NCBI GenBank assembly: GCA_015233565.1
Contig: JADFXM010000003.1
Coordinates: 155,063-219,062, forward strand
Length of the DNA stretch: 64,000 nt
Direction of reading: 5' to 3'
Source: Candidatus Rifleibacteriota bacterium
GTDB taxonomy: Bacteria; Muiribacteriota; Ozemobacteria; Ozemobacterales; Ozemobacteraceae
Each line of letters opens with the position of its first letter. Position 1 is the first letter of the stretch. Under the pieces are notes generated by a model. That model did no database searches, was not told the DNA's origin, and saw only the letters and a program-made list of their open reading frames with translations. The position numbers and the translations under genes were made by a program. Below are positions 18,004 through 26,846 of the stretch, in pieces.

Positions 18004-18804
18004 TTAAGCCTCTATCTTTTCAGTTTTTCCCTCAACAGTTCGGAATTCTAGCAACGCTCTTTCAGTTGTCCTTTTCCAGAAATCTTTGGAACGGAAAGCA
18101 TTAATCTCAACCAATTCCGGTTTGATATCTAACAGTTGGATAATCTCCTCTATTCCAAAAATTTTTCCCTCGTGATATAAGTTCTTAAAAAGATTGTTAA
18201 AAAAAATAAGGTCTTCCTCATAGTCAAGGGTCAATCTTGCCTTATCATTGATATGAGATTTTTGTTTGGGTAAAATAGCTTTCTTTTTTACAAGGTCAGT
18301 TTTTGTGAAATAATAAATAAATCCAGTATCATTTCGATTAGTCAAATGAGAATCCCATATTTTCTTCAACGCAGCGGTTCGAATAGCTTTGGTCCCTATT
18401 CCCAAAGGTAAACCCTGGCAAAAGGCAATTCCTAATTCTCGGTCATTGATCAGTTCTTCCACGCAAAAATCCATGTAAGATGGTTCTGAACACGGGTCAT
18501 CCCCATCAACTTCAATAAAAATGTCAATTTGATTTTCTTCTGCTGCTCCCCAAAAACGGTCAATAATATCATTTTCACTTCCACGAAAAAATCTAACACC
18601 ATTTTTTGTTGCTTCTTCGACGATGAGATCGTCTGATCGATTCAAAGTGGTACAAACGATTACATCCTTTGGCAGCAGGAATTTACTGGAAAACACACGG
18701 TCCAAAAGATGAGAAAACACAGACCTTCCACAGATCTCTTTTAGAATTTTTCCAGGCAATCTTTCGGATTCAAGTCTTATGGGGATTAAGGCACCTATTT
18801 TCAT
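18004..18804 (-). CDS. Cytidylyltransferase (SpsF / acylneuraminate cytidylyltransferase family)
   Basis: IGALIPIRLESERLPGKILKEICGRSV is the CTP-transferase-3 motif (P.R..S.R.P.K.L). The track start at 18819 is a TTG, and I prefer the ATG at 18804. Confidence 0.8.
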   Translation of the reverse strand: MKIGALIPIRLESERLPGKILKEICGRSVFSHLLDRVFSSKFLLPKDVIVCTTLNRSDDLIVEEATKNGVRFFRGSENDIIDRFWGAAEENQIDIFIEVDGDDPCSEPSYMDFCVEELINDRELGIAFCQGLPLGIGTKAIRTAALKKIWDSHLTNRNDTGFIYYFTKTDLVKKKAILPKQKSHINDKARLTLDYEEDLIFFNNLFKNLYHEGKIFGIEEIIQLLDIKPELVEINAFRSKDFWKRTTERALLEFRTVEGKTEKIEA

Positions 18805-19186
18805 GATATTCTCTGGCAAATGGTCATTTTGACAAAAAAACTATAAAATACAATTATTTGTGTTTTTCGAAATATTTTCCAAGTTTATATCGATCGAAAT
18901 TCGCAGCCGTAAAAAATGATCTTCGCGATGGCTCAACTAAAAAATCTTGTAATTTTTTTGGCGGAAGGTTAATCATTTTGATCATAATGTTCTTTTCGGA
19001 GGATAAGCTTTCGAAAGATCGGGGAAATTTTTGTTCATTTTATTTTACAAAGTTAGACATTCGATTTTTTTTGATAATTTTTCATTGCCTTTCTAAGAAT
19101 CCCAAAAAAATGAAAGTTCACTGTTACTCTTAGGTGATCATTTAATCTAATGAGGGTTTTTAATTTCTTTTAATAGTTCTTACGAC

Positions 19187-20200
19187 TCAATCAAGGAAAT
19201 TCCAAAATAGAATTTCATCTTTTTGAATTTTTCGATTAGCTTTCATCGTAAGCACCAGATCAATGTCCGCTGGAGAAATTCCGTGAGCTGGTCGCTTCCA
19301 GGTTATGTCTCCAATCTCAATTTGCTTTCCAGCTGGAATAAACTGAGAAGCAACAAGACTTCTCCGGGCATTTTCCCGAGCGGATTTTTCAGCATCTAAC
19401 GGCTGCTTTTTTTCAGATCCCAGAATTGAGATTACTTTTTGAAGATTATTTTTCAACAGTTTCAGATCGGTTTTATCCATAGAATGATAATGATCATTGC
19501 CGGGAAGGGTTTTGTCATGGGTAAAATGTTTTTCAAGTATAGTGGCTCCGAGCAGAAAGGCAACTTCAAGATTTTTCATGTCCCCAGGGAGTGTGTGATC
19601 CGAATAACCTATGCAAATTCCGGGAAATTTTGCCTTTAAGCCTTTGATCATAGCCAGATTGGCTTCCTCATCGGGCGTTGGATAGCATAAAACGCAGTGC
19701 ATTAAAGCAAATGGATTTGCTTTTTCGAACCATTCAATTGAAGATTCAATTTCAGAAAGAGTGGAAGCACCAGTTGAAAGTAATATTGGCTTATCAAAAG
19801 CACTTATGAACTGAATGAACGGCTTATTTGTGATATCTGAGGAAGAGATTTTAAAAACCTCCATTAAATCATTAAGAAAAACTGCGGATTCCTGATCAAA
19901 TGGGGTACTGAGAAATTCCACCCCAACTTTGTCGCAGTGTTCCTTCAATTTTTCAAAATCCTTTTTCCAGAATTTGTCATGCTTTTTAAAAAGCTGGTAT
20001 TGTGTATTGGTAGGTTCTTTTGATGTATCCCAATAGGCGGGAGAATTAACTGAAGCAAGAGTTTCAGCCCGATAAGTTTGAAATTTTACAGCATTTGCAC
20101 CCGCTTCGCTGGCTTCTTCAATTTGGCGGATTGCAAGATCCATTTTACATTCGTGGTTGACCCCTATTTCCGCAATCAGAAAAGGGGGACAAAACTTCAT
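19187..20200 (-). CDS. Nonulosonic acid synthase (NeuB/PseI/LegI/SpsE family) with C-terminal SAF domain
   Basis: PFLIAEIGVNHECKMDLAIRQIEEASEAGANAVKFQTY is the NeuB signature, and the C-terminal IEIGDITWKRPAHGISP is SAF-like. The track ORF is extended 43 codons upstream, and I prefer the ATG at 20200 (MKFCPPFLIAEIG). Confidence 0.85.
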   Translation of the reverse strand: MKFCPPFLIAEIGVNHECKMDLAIRQIEEASEAGANAVKFQTYRAETLASVNSPAYWDTSKEPTNTQYQLFKKHDKFWKKDFEKLKEHCDKVGVEFLSTPFDQESAVFLNDLMEVFKISSSDITNKPFIQFISAFDKPILLSTGASTLSEIESSIEWFEKANPFALMHCVLCYPTPDEEANLAMIKGLKAKFPGICIGYSDHTLPGDMKNLEVAFLLGATILEKHFTHDKTLPGNDHYHSMDKTDLKLLKNNLQKVISILGSEKKQPLDAEKSARENARRSLVASQFIPAGKQIEIGDITWKRPAHGISPADIDLVLTMKANRKIQKDEILFWNFLD

Positions 20201-20686
20201 CAAAGTAGAACACCCGCTGCCTGTAATTATTTCTTTTAATTTAATCACAATTAACTCCAACTTCTTCGTGTTTATCAAATTGCTGCAGCGAAAAAAAGTA
20301 AAAATACTTGACTTATAAACCTGCACCAACGCAAGTGCAGAAAATTTGGAAAAAATAATTTTTTGCGATTTTTTTGAATTGTATGGTTAATTGCCAACAT
20401 CAATATGAATTTATTCTTTGTTGCTGAATTTCTGGAGTCAATTTTTTTTTAAAACTACGCTTTTTTTAAGAAAATTTAATCAGTTACACATCAGAGTGTT
20501 CCAAAAATCTCCGATTTTTATTGATTCTGGTATTTCGATATTTGAAAAATAGAGGAGTTTTTAGGGACTATTTAGCTAGCCCTCTTGATCATTGGCCAAA
20601 TTCAAAAATTCCTGAAACTTCAACCTGAGAAAGTTCTGCAAATCAAAAAAATCGCAAAAATCAAACTAATGCAAGTATACTACAAT

Positions 20687-22306
20687 TTATTTTGAACTTT
20701 CAAGAAGTTGATTGATAAGGGAAACAATTCGTTTTCTTCGGTTAATAAAATTGTGACGTTTCATTCTATCCTTCAGTTCCTTGCGGAAATCAGGCTCAGA
20801 AATTAAGCGTTGACAAAAGTGTTGAAGTTGTAGAATCGAAGACTCGTTACAAAACCCTAGGTGAATAAAACCATTTTTTGGAGATGCAAAAGAATGTTCT
20901 AATTCTCTTTCATTTTGTGAAAAAACTAATGCAGGGATGCGCATGTGTGCGAGTTCAAAAACCGTTCGGCCATTGGCGCAAATTGCAAAGTCGACTTTTT
21001 CCATATACCCAGATATGGCGTCAACAGCAAAAGAGACATTGATTTTTGGAGAGCCTTGTTTTTTTATCCACTCCAACAAATCATTCTTAAATCTGTAGCC
21101 TTCCCCCAAGATAATATATACTTCAATTTTCGAACTCTGAAAAATTGAGAGAAGACTGTTCAGAACTTTAAAAGCAATATTGGAAGGGTCAGTTCCCCCA
21201 AAAGTAAGAAGAACGCTTCTTGGCTCTTTTCTGAATCGTCCCTTTCGTGCGTTGCAAAATTCTTCTCTGATAAAGAAGAATTTTGGGCCCCATAAAATAT
21301 TTTTTGAAACAGCTGTATTCTTCTCATAAAGATCGTTAATAGTAAGATCAGTAAAAGAGGCTCCAGGTCCCAAATCTTCAAAATTTAACGTTTTGATGCC
21401 TTTTTGCTTGAGTCTAAGAATATATTCTTTTTTGGTGTTTAAAATATCATTTACGACCAGATCTGGTTTTAGGTTAATTATTTCCTGCTCAATCGTGCAA
21501 GAGGGAAACTCTTTTATGATGTAGTCATAGACAGCTATGGTTTCTACCGCAAGAGCGCTTTTCTCATCACAAACAAACAAAACTTCGTGATCGGTAATTT
21601 CGTGGGCAAGTGAAAGGGAACGAAAAATGTGCCCCATTCCGACCTCTGGGTAACCGATAACTCGGAAAACAATTCGTTTCTTTTTTAGAAGCTTCTCGCA
21701 TATCCACCAATCTTGATAATTTTTTATTTCAACTGTTTCATTATCAAGGAGATATTTTCCAATTTTTAATTGCCGTTTCTCCCCTTCTACTAAAGTTGAG
21801 CGAAAAATCAGAAATCCCTTTATTTCTGTAAGGAAGGATTCTTGAACATCGGAAGACATTAGTTCTATAACATCGGCTTGAATTTCTCTGTAAACTCTTT
21901 TTTTTTCTTCTTTTACAGAAAGCAAAATGTCATAATCTGATTGAGAAAACTGGATAAATGCATTTTGAATCGTAGTGTGGGAAAGGGTGGGGCAGTATGG
22001 AAAAACAATTAAAAAATTATTATAGGAGCTTTTCAAACTTAGAAGAAATGTTTTTAGACTTTCTATTATATCAGGTTCGCTTAGCCTTAAATCTTGTTGG
22101 TAAAAGTATTTTACTTCGTTTCGTTCGCAAATTAAAGAGATCCCCTGTGAATCTGTAACAACAAAAATATTTTGAATATTTGTTAAATGTTTCGATTTGT
22201 TTATCGCATGCTGAATTAAAGTAATACCATTCAATTTTTTAATTAGATCATCAGCAAAAGCTACATTTTTCTTTACGGCAGGAATTATTATTGCGAATTG
22301 AAGCAT
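20687..22306 (-). CDS. Fusion protein: N-terminal CMP-nonulosonate cytidylyltransferase (NeuA-like) + C-terminal PseG-like UDP-sugar hydrolase/GT-B domain
   Basis: The N-terminus IIIPAVKKNVAFADDLIKKLNGITLIQHAINK is cytidylyltransferase-like. From about aa 210, FRVIGYPEVGMGHIFRSLSLAHEI resembles the PseG G-x-G-H-x-x-R-x-x-x-LA motif, and the rest is GT-B-like. Confidence 0.7.
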   Translation of the reverse strand: MLQFAIIIPAVKKNVAFADDLIKKLNGITLIQHAINKSKHLTNIQNIFVVTDSQGISLICERNEVKYFYQQDLRLSEPDIIESLKTFLLSLKSSYNNFLIVFPYCPTLSHTTIQNAFIQFSQSDYDILLSVKEEKKRVYREIQADVIELMSSDVQESFLTEIKGFLIFRSTLVEGEKRQLKIGKYLLDNETVEIKNYQDWWICEKLLKKKRIVFRVIGYPEVGMGHIFRSLSLAHEITDHEVLFVCDEKSALAVETIAVYDYIIKEFPSCTIEQEIINLKPDLVVNDILNTKKEYILRLKQKGIKTLNFEDLGPGASFTDLTINDLYEKNTAVSKNILWGPKFFFIREEFCNARKGRFRKEPRSVLLTFGGTDPSNIAFKVLNSLLSIFQSSKIEVYIILGEGYRFKNDLLEWIKKQGSPKINVSFAVDAISGYMEKVDFAICANGRTVFELAHMRIPALVFSQNERELEHSFASPKNGFIHLGFCNESSILQLQHFCQRLISEPDFRKELKDRMKRHNFINRRKRIVSLINQLLESSK

Positions 22307-22357
22307 AATCCTAATTATAACTCATCTTTTGCATTATTTTTTTTGCAAAACTGTATT

Positions 22358-23686
22358 TTACAAATTGTTATATTTACGAAAAACTGGCTTAATGGCTTTT
22401 CCGAAAAAAGATTTTTCCACAGTGCTTGTTTCCAATGCTTTTTGAACTTTTTTCATTCCCATTCTCAAAGCCTCAAAGGTAATCTCCAGCTCATTTTCAG
22501 TATGAGAATAAGTAATACTGGTCCAAGGAATTAATACACCGTTGGCAATTACTTCTTCGTGGAAACTTGTATGAAGTTCCGGCCAAAACGTTCCATCTTT
22601 TTTTGTACAAAGTATTTGAGGATTGCAATCAAAACCAATTACTCGAACAAAATCTTGGACTTTTTCAGCTTGTGCTAATTCTCGAACTCCTGAAACCAGT
22701 TTTTTGCCAATCTGGTTGATATATTGACTAATGTTCACTCTTTCACATTCTTTCAAGGTTGCCAATGTCGCTGCGAGACCAATTGTTTCGGAAGAATGAG
22801 TTTGAGAAAGCAAAAATACTTTAGGTTTTGAATGATGTAAACCGCCGAGTTCCATTATTTCCTTTTTTCCCGCAAGGACAGAACAAGAATAACCGTTGGC
22901 AATTGCCTTCCCAAAAGTGGCTAGGTCAGGCATTACTTTGTATAGGTGGTGAGCCCCCCTGATATCGAAGCGAAGCCCGGAAACTATTTCATCGAAAATT
23001 AGAATAGTTCCTTCCCTTGAGGTAATATTTCGGAGTTGCTGAAGATATCCAGGTTTTGGCTTGTCATTTTTAACAGGTTCGAGAATTATTGCGGCAATTT
23101 GCTTTGGGTATTTTGCAAAAAGTGTTTCCAAGCTGGTGATGTCATTGTACCCAAAACTTAGGGTCAATGAGCTTATCTCTTCTGGAATTCCTGAATTGCA
23201 CGGTGTAGTGCCAATGAACCAGTCCCCAACGCTAAAAAATGGATGGTCTTTGCACACTGCAACATATTTTCTCCCTGTGAAGGCTCTGGAAAGTTTTATT
23301 GCTGCTGTAGTTACATCAGAGCCATTTTTCCCAAATTTAACCATTTCAGCACAAGGCCAGAGATTGGTGAGATATTGCGCCAGTTCAAATTCTAAGATGC
23401 TGGGCCTGGTAAAATTTGTCCCAAGATCAATTTGTTTTTTGACTGCTTCATCAACTACAGGATAAGAGTGTCCCAAGACCGAAATACGAATTCCCATGCC
23501 CCAATCTAGAAATTTGTTTCCATCCATATCCCAGCAATAAGCACCTTTTGCATGGGAGATTATCTTCGGGGCGTGTTCTGGAAATTGGCTTTCCCCTTTA
23601 CTATATGTGTGACTCCCCCCGGGAACCATTTCTTCCAGCCTTTTTTGGATTTGGTCACCTTTGGCAAAATTTTTAATTCTCTTCAT
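22358..23686 (-). CDS. Class III aminotransferase (glutamate-1-semialdehyde aminomutase-like)
   Basis: GGSHTYSKG, IFDEIVSGLRF and DLATFGKAIANGYS (PLP Lys) match fold-type I class III / HemL-like enzymes. Confidence 0.8.
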   Translation of the reverse strand: MKRIKNFAKGDQIQKRLEEMVPGGSHTYSKGESQFPEHAPKIISHAKGAYCWDMDGNKFLDWGMGIRISVLGHSYPVVDEAVKKQIDLGTNFTRPSILEFELAQYLTNLWPCAEMVKFGKNGSDVTTAAIKLSRAFTGRKYVAVCKDHPFFSVGDWFIGTTPCNSGIPEEISSLTLSFGYNDITSLETLFAKYPKQIAAIILEPVKNDKPKPGYLQQLRNITSREGTILIFDEIVSGLRFDIRGAHHLYKVMPDLATFGKAIANGYSCSVLAGKKEIMELGGLHHSKPKVFLLSQTHSSETIGLAATLATLKECERVNISQYINQIGKKLVSGVRELAQAEKVQDFVRVIGFDCNPQILCTKKDGTFWPELHTSFHEEVIANGVLIPWTSITYSHTENELEITFEALRMGMKKVQKALETSTVEKSFFGKAIKPVFRKYNNL

Positions 23687-23791
23687 TTCAGCGTCCTTCT
23701 TCTCATTTAGTATGAATTAGTAATCACCTAAAGGAAAAAAAATTGTTAACGTAGACGGCTCTTCGATGAAAAACAGCTGCTAAATTTCAAA

Positions 23792-24796
23792 TCACTCAAA
23801 AAACTCTTTTCTTTCCTTAAGAAAACTTGTTAAATCGCCAATGGAAACCCAAACTATGCATTGTTCACAAACTTGATAATCAGTGAATTCTGCTTTCAAA
23901 TGGGCTTTTCTGATATTCTTAATTTCTTTAGAATTCCAGATTTCGGTAAGAGATTGATTCCTGATATTCCCCACTTTTAGCTCTGTGTTCCAATCAACTG
24001 AACAAACCGTTACTTCTCCATTCCAATTAATTGCAAGAGAATACCAGAGTAATCCACAGGGGAACCTTTTACCTGCTCTTTCATCGGTAATTTGAATATT
24101 CTTGATTTCTCCGCTCCAGGAGTGAACCCCTGTCACTTGTACCATATCAGCAATTGGTTCCCATTTTTCGTAAAATTCCCGAATCTCTTCTCGGGAAATT
24201 CCGGCAAACTCCATAATCTTTGCCCGAGCGAAAGGTCGTTTCAAGGCGAGTTCTTTTCTCTTTTCAAAAAATCGCTTAACTTGCCTTTCTATTCTTTCAA
24301 GGCAATCAACCCCCTTTAACCGTCTAAAAGTTTCTTGTCTAGCAGCGTCAATGCTAAGGGTAATATCATCAATTCCACAGTTCAAAATATTCTCTATAAC
24401 TGAATCAGTCCAACATAGGGCATTAGTGTTCAAATGTACAGTCTTGGCGACATTTTTTTGTTTCGCATACTTGACCATTTCAAAAAAATCTGCATGCAAA
24501 AAAGGTTCCCCGTCTTTGTGAAGATTTAGCATAATTAGTTTTTTAAAATGTGAAGCTTCATCAATTATCCTTCGAAAAACCTCGAAAGGCATGTCCCCAA
24601 AACCCTTTTCAGCTTTTTTACGAGGGCAATAGTAACAGCTCAAATTGCAACGATTTGTAGGTTCAATATTTAAAATCAAAGGAAAATCATTGTTTATTTG
24701 TTCTTTAATCGTGGCCTGCTTTAAACAGGTAAGAGTCCCTTCAACATAATCTTGATTAAGAACTTTATAATATTTTGTAGTTGGGCCGCGTCCCAT
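23792..24796 (-). CDS. Radical SAM enzyme with SPASM/twitch-like C-terminus
   Basis: NRCNLSCYYC (CxxxCxxC); C-terminal CGLLWYSLAINWNGEVTVC and CEQC. A GGAGG Shine-Dalgarno lies 4 nt upstream of the ATG at 24796, while the track start at 24820 is a TTG. Confidence 0.8.
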   Translation of the reverse strand: MGRGPTTKYYKVLNQDYVEGTLTCLKQATIKEQINNDFPLILNIEPTNRCNLSCYYCPRKKAEKGFGDMPFEVFRRIIDEASHFKKLIMLNLHKDGEPFLHADFFEMVKYAKQKNVAKTVHLNTNALCWTDSVIENILNCGIDDITLSIDAARQETFRRLKGVDCLERIERQVKRFFEKRKELALKRPFARAKIMEFAGISREEIREFYEKWEPIADMVQVTGVHSWSGEIKNIQITDERAGKRFPCGLLWYSLAINWNGEVTVCSVDWNTELKVGNIRNQSLTEIWNSKEIKNIRKAHLKAEFTDYQVCEQCIVWVSIGDLTSFLKERKEFFE

Positions 24797-25051
24797 TTTT
24801 CCTCCAAGGAATCTTGACAAAGTATTTATAATTTATTTTCTCCTATCGAAAATGTGCTATGTCATTCGGGACTGCCTGCTTTGATGATAAATTTTGAACC
24901 GGGGGTTTCACCAAAGAAAAAAACTGGTTGCTCAATCGGCCACGTGTACTCATTAGCAGTAGTTATTAAGTAACGTTTTTTCAAGATTTACACTCGAATT
25001 CAAGTTTAAAATTATCAAGAACCGCTATTGCTAAATGACTTGGGGGTGAAA

Positions 25052-25786
25052 TCATCCTTCAAGCCCCTCAAGCCCGCCCTCAAAAATAATTTTCCCTTTT
25101 TCCAAATGTATAATTTTTGAGCAGGTTTTCCTAATTTGTTCGAAATCATGGCTGACAACCAAAAAAGTTTTACCTGATTGAACGAAATGATCAATTTTTT
25201 CGGAAACCTTTTTTTTGAAATCGAGGTCACCTACTGCGAAAGTTTCATCCATTATTATAATATCCGGTTCAACTAAATTTATCGCAACCGAAAAACCCAG
25301 ACGGAGAAACATTCCGCTTGAAAAATGTTTTATTGGAATATCAATAAATTTCTTTACCCCTGCAAAATTTACAATTTCGTCAAAACGTTCATGAATTTTT
25401 TTCATTGATTGCCCAAAAATTACCCCATTTAGGAAGATATTCTCTCTTCCGGTCAAGTCCGGGTGAAATCCAGCTTCCAATTCAAGGAAAGAACACATAT
25501 TACCGAAAATAGTAACCCTTCCTTCGGTGGGGCAATAAATTCGGGAAAGAATTTTTAACAAAGTGGATTTGCCCGAGCCATTTGGGCCGATTAAACCTAT
25601 TCGGTCACCTTTTTTGATTTCAAATGAAATATTTCTTAAAGCCCAGAAATCTTCGTAATGCGTTGCGAAGATTTTCCTCTTAATTTTATGGAAAAAGTTT
25701 TTTAGCAAAGAACGTTTTGTTTCCACTTCGTGGAAAATTTTAAACTTCTTTCCGATTCCCTCAACTCTTATGGCAATTTCGTTCAT
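25052..25786 (-). CDS. wzt: Polysaccharide ABC exporter ATP-binding protein (Wzt/TagH-like, short form without C-terminal carbohydrate-binding domain)
   Basis: Walker A GPNGSGKST, signature-like FSSGMFLRLGF, and Walker B IIIMDE. It overlaps the upstream ABC-2 permease by 4 nt. Confidence 0.85.
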   Translation of the reverse strand: MNEIAIRVEGIGKKFKIFHEVETKRSLLKNFFHKIKRKIFATHYEDFWALRNISFEIKKGDRIGLIGPNGSGKSTLLKILSRIYCPTEGRVTIFGNMCSFLELEAGFHPDLTGRENIFLNGVIFGQSMKKIHERFDEIVNFAGVKKFIDIPIKHFSSGMFLRLGFSVAINLVEPDIIIMDETFAVGDLDFKKKVSEKIDHFVQSGKTFLVVSHDFEQIRKTCSKIIHLEKGKIIFEGGLEGLEG

Positions 25787-26607
25787 ACTTTTTCCGCAAA
25801 ATACTTTTCATAGTAATTAAAAATTAAGATTGAAAGAAGGAACATGCAAAAAGAAAAACATGTGGAAAGCACACAAACTCTTTTGGAAAAGAAACTGTTC
25901 AGATTTAATGCCCATCTAAAACCTTCAATATAAGATGAGACGGGGTTTAAATATAATACAAAATGCCATTTCTCTGAAATCATTGAAAAATCATAAATTA
26001 CCGGAGATGCATACATCCACAATTGCAGGAGGAAGGTTATACCATTTAGGAAGTCCCGAAAGAAAACAGTGATGGTACAAAAAAGTAGCCCAAAAGCTAA
26101 CGCTAGAATTATAGTTATCAAAATGAAAAAAGGAAGGAATAGAAATCGAATGGTAATATCCAGGTGAAAGAAAAAAATTAAAAAAATGATCAAAACCAGC
26201 GAAATCAGAAAATCAAAAAACGCTGGAAAGACATCAGCGATGGGAATAACTAATTTTGGGAAAAAAATTTTGGAAATCAAAGTGGCGTTAGAAACAAGAC
26301 AACCGGTATTTCTGACAATAATCTTGGAAAAAAGATTCCAAATCGCCATTCCACAGAACAATTTTAAAAAGTATTCCTGATTGGCTTTTTGAATATTTCC
26401 AAAAACCCCAAAAATAAAAAAAAAGGTTATTGTGGGAAGCAAGGGCTGAAGTATTATCCATAAAAACCCCAAAACAGCTTGTTTTACTCGAAGCTGAATG
26501 TCTCTCCACCCAATTAACCAAATCATTTCACGATATTTCCAAAATTCGGAAAAGTTGAAGGAGAAAAACTTATTTTCGGATCCTATTATTGTAACTTTTT
26601 CATCCAT
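25783..26607 (-). CDS. wzm: ABC-2 type polysaccharide exporter permease (Wzm-like)
   Basis: Six-TM ORF with the N-terminal EFWKYREMIWLIGWRDIQLRVKQAVLGFLWIILQP motif typical of Wzm/TagG. ATG at 26607; the track start at 26622 is a GTG. Confidence 0.8.
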   Translation of the reverse strand: MDEKVTIIGSENKFFSFNFSEFWKYREMIWLIGWRDIQLRVKQAVLGFLWIILQPLLPTITFFFIFGVFGNIQKANQEYFLKLFCGMAIWNLFSKIIVRNTGCLVSNATLISKIFFPKLVIPIADVFPAFFDFLISLVLIIFLIFFFHLDITIRFLFLPFFILITIILALAFGLLFCTITVFFRDFLNGITFLLQLWMYASPVIYDFSMISEKWHFVLYLNPVSSYIEGFRWALNLNSFFSKRVCVLSTCFSFCMFLLSILIFNYYEKYFAEKV

Positions 26608-26846
26608 AATTATTAATTGCACTCAAATAGGGTTATTGTAGCTCTAAACCTTTTTTGCAAGATGTTTTAATCGGACAAATTTCTCTTTTCTTAAAGGGTA
26701 AACTTTTCTATTCCACGGGATTCCTTTAACTTAGCTTAACACTTGCACCTTGATGGCCCTTCTTAATCCAAATGATAAAAAGGTATTTTTCTTTCCTTTA
26801 TAACCAATTCTTTACATTTTACCACTCAATAGTTTAACATTTACCC

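Noticed and set aside
18858-19133. Track ORF 18858-19133 (+) in the gap between the cytidylyltransferase and the NeuB-like gene
   Set aside because: It lies on the opposite strand to the whole island, its composition is low-complexity F/K/I-rich, and it has no Shine-Dalgarno or motif. I left it uncalled. It could still be a small gene.
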